From NCBI GenBank assembly GCA_947476215.1, contig CANJQI010000002.1, positions 10,119-74,118 of the forward strand: DNA of 64,000 bases, read 5' to 3'. Within the stretch, counting starts at the first letter, position 1. Every line of letters starts with the position of its first letter. Positions 47,852 through 55,975 of this stretch are shown in pieces. The translations under genes were made by a program, and so were the position numbers. Origin of the DNA: Betaproteobacteria bacterium (GTDB taxonomy: Bacteria > Pseudomonadota > Gammaproteobacteria > Burkholderiales > SG8-41). A model generated the notes under the pieces. It was given only the letters and a program-made list of their open reading frames with translations. It was not told the origin of the DNA and did not search any database.

Positions 47852-48817
47852 ATGCACGCCACGCTGCCGCTGATCCGCAATACCAAGTTTCCCGCCATCA
47901 CGCGCCGAAAGCTGGAAACGCTACAGGTCAATCTTGGGTACCGGTGCAACCAGACCTGCGTGCATTGCCACGTCAACGCCGGCCCGACCCGCACTGAATC
48001 GATGACACGCGAGACCCTGGATGACGTACTCGCATTCCTGCGTGCCTCGCAGGTATCCGTACTCGATATTACCGGCGGCGCGCCGGAGCTCAATCCTCAC
48101 TTTCGTGCGCTGGTTCGTGCCGCGCGGGAATTGCATGTGCGCATTATGGATCGTTGCAATCTGACCATACTCGAAGAACCGGGTCACGAAGACCTGGCGA
48201 AATTCCTCGCCGCGCAGCAGGTTGACGTCGTGGCATCGCTGCCGTGCTATCTCGAAGACAATGTCGACCGCCAACGCGGCAAGGGGGTTTTCGATGCCAG
48301 CATCCGTGCGTTGCGGGCACTTAACCGCCTCGGCTATGGTCATCCGGACACCGGCCTCTCGCTCGCGCTGGTGTATAACCCGCAGGGTCCGGTGCTGCCG
48401 CCGGCGCAGCGCCAGCTCGAAGCTGACTATCGGGCGCAGCTCGGCGAGCGTTTTGGAATCGTATTCGATCAACTCTATGTGATCACCAACATGCCCATTA
48501 AACGGTTCGGCAGCATGCTCATTTCCAAAGGCCAGTTCACGCACTACATGGACCTCCTGAAGAACGCTTATCAGCCAGCCAACCTCGACAACGTGATGTG
48601 CCGCACCGGGCTGAGCATAGACTGGCGCGGTTATGTATACGACTGCGATTTCAATCAAATGCTGGGTCTGCCGCTGGTTTCCCGGGAGCGCACCAGGACG
48701 CATGTGCGCGATCTGACCGGGAGTAATCTTAAAAACAATCCGATCGTGGTCGCGGATCACTGCTACGGGTGCACGGCCGGGCAGGGCTCAAGTTGCGGTG
48801 GCGCGCTGGCGTCGTGA
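47852..48817 (+). CDS. arsS: radical SAM / Cys-rich domain protein, ArsS-like (TIGR04167 type)
   Basis: The internal ATG at 47852 gives 321 aa. Radical SAM CNQTCVHC, TGGAPEL, and a C-terminal Cys-rich tail (YDCDFNQ ... HCYGCTAGQGSSCGG). All positions are Cys; no in-frame TGA. Confidence 0.75.
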   Translation: MHATLPLIRNTKFPAITRRKLETLQVNLGYRCNQTCVHCHVNAGPTRTESMTRETLDDVLAFLRASQVSVLDITGGAPELNPHFRALVRAARELHVRIMDRCNLTILEEPGHEDLAKFLAAQQVDVVASLPCYLEDNVDRQRGKGVFDASIRALRALNRLGYGHPDTGLSLALVYNPQGPVLPPAQRQLEADYRAQLGERFGIVFDQLYVITNMPIKRFGSMLISKGQFTHYMDLLKNAYQPANLDNVMCRTGLSIDWRGYVYDCDFNQMLGLPLVSRERTRTHVRDLTGSNLKNNPIVVADHCYGCTAGQGSSCGGALAS

Positions 48818-48917
48818 GACAGGCGCTTCGTTTATCCTTTTCAGGGAGCAATGATCAGGCAGTAAGATATGGATGCAGTGTCCGACCTAGCACGATCCTC
48901 CAACCCGATCACGCCAC

Positions 48918-51152
48918 ATGAACTACCGGAAACTACTGATTGTCGCCGTGATCGCAGCAATGATCGTTGCGTTCTTCGCGTTTGATCTCGACCATTACTT
49001 CAGCCTCGATTACCTTAAATCGCGGCAGACCGCGATCAATGGCTACGCCTTGGCCAATCCGCTCACGACCGCGGCATTGTTCTTCGCTGCCTATGTGACG
49101 GTTACTGGCCTGTCGCTGCCGGGCGCCGCGATCATGACGCTCGCCGCCGGCGCCATTTTCGGTTTGTTATTGGGAACAGTGATTGTTTCGTTCGCGTCCT
49201 CACTCGGCGCAACGCTCGCATTCCTCGCTTCTCGCTTCGTACTGCGTGCATCGATCCAGGCGCGCTTTGGCGACAAGCTCGCCGCCATCAATGCGGGCGT
49301 CGAGAAGAACGGCCCGTTCTACTTGTTCACGCTACGCCTGGTACCGGCGTTCCCGTTTTTCGTCATAAACCTGGCGATGGGCGTGACACCCATCAAGACC
49401 TGGACTTTCTATTGGGTGAGCCAGATCGGCATGCTCGCCGGTACACTGGTCTACGTGAACGCCGGCACCGAGATCGCAAGAATCGAAACACTGCGCGGCA
49501 TTCTTTCGCCGGGCCTGATAGTGTCGTTCACGCTGCTCGGCTGCTTTCCGCTGATCGCCAAATGGGTAGTGGGCCGCGTGTCGGCACGCAAGGTTTACGC
49601 CCGCTGGCGCAGGCCCGCACACTATGATCGCAACGTTATTGTCATCGGAGGCGGCTCGGCCGGACTGGTCACCGCTTATATTGCCGCTGCAGTCAAAGCC
49701 AAAGTCACGCTCATTGAAAAACACAAGATGGGTGGCGACTGTCTGAATACCGGCTGCGTGCCTTCAAAAGCGCTGATCCGTTCCGCGAAATTCCTGTCGC
49801 ACGCGCGGCGTTGCAGGGAGTTCGGCATGCAATCGGCGGAAGTGAAGTTCGATTTCGCGGAGGTGATGGATCGCGTGCATCGCGTGGTCGAAACTGTGGC
49901 GCCGCACGATTCGGTCGAGCGCTACGCCGCCCTCGGCGTCGAGTGCCTCGCGGGCGAAGCGAAAATCATCTCGCCGTGGTCGGTAGAAATAAAGTCGCCG
50001 GCCGGAACCCATATGCTTACCACCCGGAATATAGTCATCGCGGCCGGCGCGCGGCCGTTCGTCCCACCCATCCCTGGCCTGCGGGAAATCAATCCACTGA
50101 CCTCCGATACCGTATGGTCGCTACGCAAGCTGCCCCGCCGGCTGGTGGTCCTGGGCGGGGGGGCGATCGGCTCCGAACTCGCCCAATGCTTTGCGCGCTT
50201 CGGCTCCGCAGTTACGCAGGTGGAAATGTTGCCGCGCATTCTGATGCGCGAGGATCCCGGGATATCGCAAAGGGTGACCGCGCGCTTCGAGGCCGAAGGC
50301 ATCAAGGTACTGGTCAGCCACAAGGCAAAACAGATACTGGTCGAGCATGGCGAAAAGTTCCTGGTGGTCGAACATGAAGGCCGCGAGTCGCGCATCGCTT
50401 TCGATGAATTGCTGTGTGCGGTCGGGCGCATCGCCAATACCAGCGGATACGGACTTGAGGAACTCAACGTTCCCCTTGCAAATACGCACACCGTCGAAAC
50501 CAACGATTATCTGCAGACGATTTATCCCAACATCTACGCATGCGGCGACGTCGCCGGTCCGTACCAGTTTACGCACACCGCCGCGCACATGGCGTGGTAC
50601 TCGGCCGTCAATGCGCTGTTCGGCCGCTTCCGCAAATTCCGTGTCGACTACTCGGTGGTACCGTGGTGCACGTTCACCGAACCGGAAGTTGCGCGGGTCG
50701 GGCTCAATGAGCAGGAGGCGCAGGAAAAGGCGATTCCATACCAGGTCGCAACCTACGGCATGGATGAACTCGACCGCGCCATTGCCGACGAGGAGGCACA
50801 CGGTCTGGTCAAGGTGCTGACTGTGCCCGGCAGTGACACCATCATCGGTTGCACCATCGTCGGCGAACATGCCGGCGACCTGATCGCCGAGTTCGTAACC
50901 GCGATGCGTCACAAAATCGGCCTCAACAAGGTACTCGGCACGATACACATTTATCCCACGCTGGCGGAAGCCAACAAGTACGCGGCCGGCGCGTGGAAGC
51001 GCGCGCAAGTCACACAGGGTCAGGTGGATTTCTTGAAGGCGTTCCAGGCGTGGGGCCGCGGCGACGGCAGTCTGGGCGGCGTATTGGGTGCTGTGCCTGC
51101 AATGTTACGCGACAAGCGCCCGGCCTACCCTCATGCACATGGCAAACACTGA
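48918..51152 (+). CDS. fusion of a TVP38/TMEM64 (DedA-superfamily) membrane domain with a class I pyridine nucleotide-disulfide oxidoreductase
   Basis: 744 aa. The N-terminal ~230 aa are polytopic, with RLVPAFPFFVINLAMG. Then come GGGSAGL, the redox-active GGDCLNTGCVPSK, a second GGGAIGSE, and the C-terminal dimerisation motif IHIYPTLAE. Confidence 0.8.
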   Translation: MNYRKLLIVAVIAAMIVAFFAFDLDHYFSLDYLKSRQTAINGYALANPLTTAALFFAAYVTVTGLSLPGAAIMTLAAGAIFGLLLGTVIVSFASSLGATLAFLASRFVLRASIQARFGDKLAAINAGVEKNGPFYLFTLRLVPAFPFFVINLAMGVTPIKTWTFYWVSQIGMLAGTLVYVNAGTEIARIETLRGILSPGLIVSFTLLGCFPLIAKWVVGRVSARKVYARWRRPAHYDRNVIVIGGGSAGLVTAYIAAAVKAKVTLIEKHKMGGDCLNTGCVPSKALIRSAKFLSHARRCREFGMQSAEVKFDFAEVMDRVHRVVETVAPHDSVERYAALGVECLAGEAKIISPWSVEIKSPAGTHMLTTRNIVIAAGARPFVPPIPGLREINPLTSDTVWSLRKLPRRLVVLGGGAIGSELAQCFARFGSAVTQVEMLPRILMREDPGISQRVTARFEAEGIKVLVSHKAKQILVEHGEKFLVVEHEGRESRIAFDELLCAVGRIANTSGYGLEELNVPLANTHTVETNDYLQTIYPNIYACGDVAGPYQFTHTAAHMAWYSAVNALFGRFRKFRVDYSVVPWCTFTEPEVARVGLNEQEAQEKAIPYQVATYGMDELDRAIADEEAHGLVKVLTVPGSDTIIGCTIVGEHAGDLIAEFVTAMRHKIGLNKVLGTIHIYPTLAEANKYAAGAWKRAQVTQGQVDFLKAFQAWGRGDGSLGGVLGAVPAMLRDKRPAYPHAHGKH

Positions 51153-51153
51153 C

Positions 51154-51984
51154 ATGAGCCTCATGAAAACGTTATCGGTGTTGGCCGCGATTTCCGCATT
51201 CGCCCTGGCCGCTGCCGCGCATGCGCAGTTCGACCATCTGCACGCAAGCTGGGGCGTGCTTCTCAAGCGGCACGTCGTGCCTGTCGATGGTGGCAAGGCG
51301 TCACAATTGCGATATGTCGGCATGGCGGCAGACCGCGCTGAACTAAAGTCGTATCTCTCCAGCCTGTCAGGTGTAAGCGAAACGGAGTTCAGGGGCTGGA
51401 GCAAGGATCAGCAACTCGCGTTTCTCATCAACGCCTATAACGCGCACATGATTGAACTGGTCCTGACGCGCCACCCGAATATCAAATCGGTGTGGGACTT
51501 CGGCAAGCTGTTCAACAATCCCTTCAAGAACCGGTTCTTCACATTGTTCGGCAAAGCATTCAGCCTGGATAACATTGAACATGACATGATTCGCGCCAAC
51601 GGGGTCTATAACGATCCACGCATACACTTCGCGGTCAACTGCGCCTCGGTAGGCTGCCCTATGCTGCGCGATGAGCCTTATACGGCCTCGAAACTTGAAC
51701 AGCAACTCGAGGATCAAACCACGCGCTTTCTTTCCGACCGGTCACGCAATCGCTACAATTCGGTGACACGCATGCTCGAAGTGTCGAAGATTTTCAGTTC
51801 GCCCCCCTGGTACGGCGGAGACTTCAGCAGAGGCTGGAAAGGTTACCGGTCGCGGGAGAGTTTCTTCGCGAAGTATGCCTATCTGCTCGCCGATCAGCCG
51901 GATGAACAGAAAGTCGTGACGGAACTGCAAGCGGGAATCCGGCATCTCGATTATGACTGGGACCTGAATGACACAAAGCGATGA
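51154..51984 (+). CDS. DUF547 protein with signal peptide
   Basis: The ATG at 51154 lies 1 nt after the upstream stop and gives MSLMKTLSVLAAISAFALAAAAHA. DUF547 core FLINAYNAHMIELVL ... HFAVNCASVGCPML. Confidence 0.75.
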   Translation: MSLMKTLSVLAAISAFALAAAAHAQFDHLHASWGVLLKRHVVPVDGGKASQLRYVGMAADRAELKSYLSSLSGVSETEFRGWSKDQQLAFLINAYNAHMIELVLTRHPNIKSVWDFGKLFNNPFKNRFFTLFGKAFSLDNIEHDMIRANGVYNDPRIHFAVNCASVGCPMLRDEPYTASKLEQQLEDQTTRFLSDRSRNRYNSVTRMLEVSKIFSSPPWYGGDFSRGWKGYRSRESFFAKYAYLLADQPDEQKVVTELQAGIRHLDYDWDLNDTKR

Positions 51985-52017
51985 ATCGCGTGAACAGCAC
52001 GGCGCGGGGGATGAAGG

Positions 52018-52737
52018 ATGAGGGATGAACGTGGAATTGCGGGGCCGCGGCTGTCGATAGTCATCCCCTGCCTCGATGAAGCTGCCGGCATCGTTGCGGC
52101 GTTGGAATTACTGCAACCGCTACGCCGGCGAGGCGTCGAGGTCATCGTGGTTGATGGCGGCAGCAGTGATAACAGCGCTGCGCTCGCCGCGCCACTGACC
52201 GACCTCGCCTTGACGGCCCCGCGCGGCCGCGCGTCGCAAATGAACGCCGGCGCCGCAGCCGCGCATGGCGATTTTCTGCTATTTCTGCACGTCGACTGTA
52301 CATTGCCTCCGGACGCCGATCGATTGGTCGTCAATGCCCTTGCCGCGCGCGGCAGGCACTGGGGACGTTTCGACGTACGGCTCACCGGCGCCCACCCGTG
52401 GCTGCGGGCGATCGCATTCATGATGAACTGGCGCTCACGCCTGACAGGCATGGTTACGGGGGACCAGGGTCTGTTCGTGACACGCGCGAGGTTCACCGCG
52501 TGCGGTGGATTCCCGCAAATCCCGCTCATGGAGGACATCGCGATCAGCCAACAGCTCAAGATGCATAGCGTGCCAGTCGTTATCAGCGCGCGCATTGCCG
52601 CATCCGGCCGACGTTGGCAGCAGCACGGCATATTGCGAACCATGCTGCTGATGTGGCGGCTGCGGCTTGCGTATTTCTTCGGCTCAAATCCGGCCGAACT
52701 TGCCGAGCAATATCCCCATGCACGCGATCGGCATTGA
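52018..52737 (+). CDS. family-2 glycosyltransferase, TIGR04283-like (second copy)
   Basis: 239 aa, collinear with 47139-47825 (LSIVIPCLDE...VVDGGSSDNS...RGRASQMNAGA...LLFLHVDCTLP...GDQGLF). Confidence 0.75.
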   Translation: MRDERGIAGPRLSIVIPCLDEAAGIVAALELLQPLRRRGVEVIVVDGGSSDNSAALAAPLTDLALTAPRGRASQMNAGAAAAHGDFLLFLHVDCTLPPDADRLVVNALAARGRHWGRFDVRLTGAHPWLRAIAFMMNWRSRLTGMVTGDQGLFVTRARFTACGGFPQIPLMEDIAISQQLKMHSVPVVISARIAASGRRWQQHGILRTMLLMWRLRLAYFFGSNPAELAEQYPHARDRH

Positions 52738-53368
52738 AACTCCGATATTGATTTTCGCCAAGGCGCCGGAGCCCGGCTATACCAAGACGCGGCTGATACC
52801 CACGTTAGGCGCAGAGCGCGCCGCGGCGCTGCAGTGCATGCTCATAGCACACGCGCTGGATACCGCACTCGGCGCCGATATCGGCCCGGTCGAGCTGTGG
52901 TGCGCGCCGGCCGCACAGCATCCAGCGCTTGCGCAATATGCGGGCCGCCGCGGCATCACCCTCAGAAGTCAGTGTGGGGGTGACCTGGGCATGCGCATGT
53001 TGCATGCGACCCGCAGCGCACTCGAATTCCATCCCCGGACTATTATTATCGGGACCGACAGTCCGGCATTAACCGAGGCCGACCTGAGGAGCGCCGCACA
53101 GGCTCTGGATCAGCGCCACGACGCTGTGCTGATACCGGCGGAAGACGGCGGATACGTGTTGATTGGACTGAACCGATGCGATGAATTGCTGTTTGACGGC
53201 CTCGCGTGGGGCGGTAATCAAGTCATGGCGATGACGCGCAACCGTCTTGCCACACTGGCCTGGAGGTGGCAGGAGTTGCGCACTCTGTGGGATGTAGACC
53301 GTCCCGCCGACTATCGACGGCTATTAGCGAGCGGCTTGCTGCCTGAACTGACGCACGCGCAACGCTGA
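52718..53368 (+). CDS. DUF2064 / TIGR04282-like nucleotidyl- or glycosyl-transferase-fold protein
   Basis: The internal ATG at 52718 gives ILIFAKAPEPGYTKTRLIP.LG...AA, the DUF2064 N-terminal signature. 20-nt overlap with the preceding GT. Confidence 0.7.
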   Translation: MHAIGIETPILIFAKAPEPGYTKTRLIPTLGAERAAALQCMLIAHALDTALGADIGPVELWCAPAAQHPALAQYAGRRGITLRSQCGGDLGMRMLHATRSALEFHPRTIIIGTDSPALTEADLRSAAQALDQRHDAVLIPAEDGGYVLIGLNRCDELLFDGLAWGGNQVMAMTRNRLATLAWRWQELRTLWDVDRPADYRRLLASGLLPELTHAQR

Positions 53369-53665
53369 GCATGGACGACGCACACCGGTCGCCACTTCAA
53401 CCTCGCGCACTTTCCACACCGTGCAGCTCGAACTTAGTCCATATAAAACAAATGGATATACCAAGTGTCACCCAAAAATAGATTGCCTTTTTCAGTGATT
53501 GCGAGGACAATAGTATTTCTACTAAAGGCTTGTTATTAAACTGATAAACGGCATTTGACCGCTTTCCCGCACGCGCCGCTTCGTCCGACCGCTGCATCCC
53601 GGTTGCAAAGACTGGACGAACTGACACAGATTTTTCCAACCTCTCCCGTCTAGAGAAAATGTTGC

Positions 53666-54775
53666 ATGTCAGACTTGGCCACCGTACACACGCTGAGTAA
53701 AACCTCCCCGCAACTTCCCGTTCACTGGTACTTCGATCAAAAGATCTACGACCTCGAGCAACTGACGTTGTTTGATCGCGGGCCTGGCTATGTTGGACAC
53801 GAATTAATGGTGCCCAACGTCGGCGACTTCCATGTGCTGGAGCGTATGGGCAACGCCAGATCATTGATACGCAATTCAGGCGGCGTCGAACTGGTCAGCA
53901 ATATTTGCCGCCACCGTCAGGCCATCATGCTGAACGGACGCGGCAACGCCAAAAGTATTGTTTGCCCGCTGCATCGTTGGACCTACGGCATGGATGGCAA
54001 GCTGCTCGGCGCACCGCATTTCCCCGGCAATCCGTGTCTCGATCTGGGTAAATCGCCGCTACAAAACTGGAACGGGCTGCTGTTTTCAGGCAAACGCGAT
54101 GTCGCTGGAGACCTCGGAACAATGGGCGTAGAGCACGATCTCGACTTTTCGGGCTACATGCTGGACCGGGTTCAGGTCGACGAATATACGTGCAACTGGA
54201 AAACCTTCATCGAGGTATACCTGGAGGACTACCACGTCGTGCCGTTTCATCCGGGACTCGGCAACTTTGTATCGGTGGATGACCTAAACTGGGAATTCGG
54301 CGACTGGCACAGCGTACAAACCTGCGGCGTAAAAAAAGCGCTATCGCGGCCCGGCACGCCGGTTTACGAAAAATGGCATGACGTGCTGATGCGTTTTAAC
54401 GAAGGCCGCCAGCCGGCGCACGGCGCAATCTGGATGACCTACTACCCCAATATCATGGTCGAGTGGTATCCACATGTGCTGGTGGTAAGCACGCTCGTGC
54501 CACGCGGCCCCGAAGCCTGCGCCCACATCATCGAGTTTTACTATCCCGAGGAAATCGCGTTGTTCGAGCGCGATTTCCTCGCCGCGGAACAGGCGGCGTA
54601 CGAAGAAACCGCGCGCGAAGACGAAGAAATCTGTGACCGCATCACCGCCGGGCGCCGCGCGCTATATCTCGAAGGGCGCAACGAGTGCGGCCCCTACCAA
54701 TCGCCGATGGAAGACGGCATGATGCACTTTCACGAATTTCTGCGGCGCGAGCTCGGGCCGAACGCATCGGGCTAG
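53666..54775 (+). CDS. Rieske [2Fe-2S] non-haem-iron oxygenase alpha-subunit-like protein
   Basis: 369 aa with Rieske CRHR...CPLHRW and a catalytic-domain iron motif LEDYHVVPFH. No beta subunit or reductase is adjacent. Confidence 0.8.
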   Translation: MSDLATVHTLSKTSPQLPVHWYFDQKIYDLEQLTLFDRGPGYVGHELMVPNVGDFHVLERMGNARSLIRNSGGVELVSNICRHRQAIMLNGRGNAKSIVCPLHRWTYGMDGKLLGAPHFPGNPCLDLGKSPLQNWNGLLFSGKRDVAGDLGTMGVEHDLDFSGYMLDRVQVDEYTCNWKTFIEVYLEDYHVVPFHPGLGNFVSVDDLNWEFGDWHSVQTCGVKKALSRPGTPVYEKWHDVLMRFNEGRQPAHGAIWMTYYPNIMVEWYPHVLVVSTLVPRGPEACAHIIEFYYPEEIALFERDFLAAEQAAYEETAREDEEICDRITAGRRALYLEGRNECGPYQSPMEDGMMHFHEFLRRELGPNASG

Positions 54776-54814
54776 ACGTTTATTTCCCGGCAAGCAGGAA
54801 TACTTGCCGCGCAC

Positions 54815-55975
54815 ATGGGGGAGACTGCAATGCAAACCAAGATTCCGGCAGTATTCATGCGTGGCGGCACCAGCAAAGCCATCGTATTTCATCAGAAAGA
54901 CCTGCCGACGGACCGCGCCGCGTGGGACCGGATATTCCTTACCGCCATCGGCACGCCGGATCCCTACGGACGCCAGCTTGACGGCATGGGCGGCGGCATC
55001 AGTTCACTGTCCAAAATATGCGTGGTAGGCCCGTCGTCACGACAGGATGCCGATATCGACTTCACCTTCGTGCAGGTCATGATCAAGGACAAGCTTCTCG
55101 ATTACACCAGCAACTGCGGCAACATGAGTTCTGCCATGGGTCCTTTTGCAATCGACGAAGGCCTGGTCAAGGCCGGCGACGGCGACACGGTGGTGCGCAT
55201 ACACAATACCAACACCCAAAAAGTCATACATGCACGCTTCCCGGTTGTGCAAGGCATTGCGGAAGTTAATGGAGATCTCGAGATCCCAGGCGTGGCAGGT
55301 ACCGGCGCGCCGGTGCGCCTTGAGTTCCTCGATCCGGGCGGCGCGACAACGCACAAGCTCCTGCCCACGGGCAACGTAAAAGACATTCTGCAAGTGCCGG
55401 GGTTGGGACCTGTCGAAGCATCGATGGTCGACGTGGCCAACGCGTGCGTCTTCGTACGGGCGCGCGACCTCGGTCTCACAGGCACGGAATTGCCGGACAA
55501 ACTCGAAGCAAATCCCGATGTGATGCGCAAAATGCATGCAATCCGCATCGCGGCGTCGATCGCGATGGGCATCGCATCCCATACCGAAGACGCGGAAAAA
55601 AACATGGGCAATCCGGGCATCGGTTTTGTCAGCGGACCGCAGGATGCGACGCTACTGTCGGGTGCAGTCTGCAGCGCCAGTCAGGTGGATATGACCGCGC
55701 GCATGGTGTCCAAGGGACAGGTGCACCGCGCACTGCCGCTGACGCGCACACTGTGCATGGCGGCGGCGGCGCGCATCGAAGGCACGCTGGTGCATGAGTG
55801 CGCGCGCACCACCGACAATCCCGACAACGAGATACGTATCAGCATGCCTTCAGGTGTGTTGGTCGCCGCCGCCATCGTGCGTCAGAAAAACGGGCAATGG
55901 AACGTTGAAAAAGGTGCATTCCTGCGCACTCAGCGTCGCCTGTTCGAAGGACGGGTGCTCGTTCGCGGTGACTAA
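54815..55975 (+). CDS. PrpF-family isomerase (2-methylaconitate isomerase / 4-oxalomesaconate tautomerase family)
   Basis: IPAVFMRGGTSKAIVF and TSNCGNMSSAMGPFA motifs. The ATG at 54830 is an alternative start. No prpC/acnD is nearby. Confidence 0.8.
   Translation: MGETAMQTKIPAVFMRGGTSKAIVFHQKDLPTDRAAWDRIFLTAIGTPDPYGRQLDGMGGGISSLSKICVVGPSSRQDADIDFTFVQVMIKDKLLDYTSNCGNMSSAMGPFAIDEGLVKAGDGDTVVRIHNTNTQKVIHARFPVVQGIAEVNGDLEIPGVAGTGAPVRLEFLDPGGATTHKLLPTGNVKDILQVPGLGPVEASMVDVANACVFVRARDLGLTGTELPDKLEANPDVMRKMHAIRIAASIAMGIASHTEDAEKNMGNPGIGFVSGPQDATLLSGAVCSASQVDMTARMVSKGQVHRALPLTRTLCMAAAARIEGTLVHECARTTDNPDNEIRISMPSGVLVAAAIVRQKNGQWNVEKGAFLRTQRRLFEGRVLVRGD

Noticed and set aside
53397-53864. 155-aa minus-strand ORF spanning the AT-rich spacer and the start of the Rieske gene.
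   Set aside because: It has no motifs and odd composition, overlaps the 5-prime end of a convincing gene, and has no ribosome-binding site that I could see.
54776-54814. Hairpin CGGCAAG-N8-CTTGCCG between the Rieske and PrpF-like genes as a terminator.
   Set aside because: No T-run follows on either strand, and the 39-nt spacing suits co-transcription.
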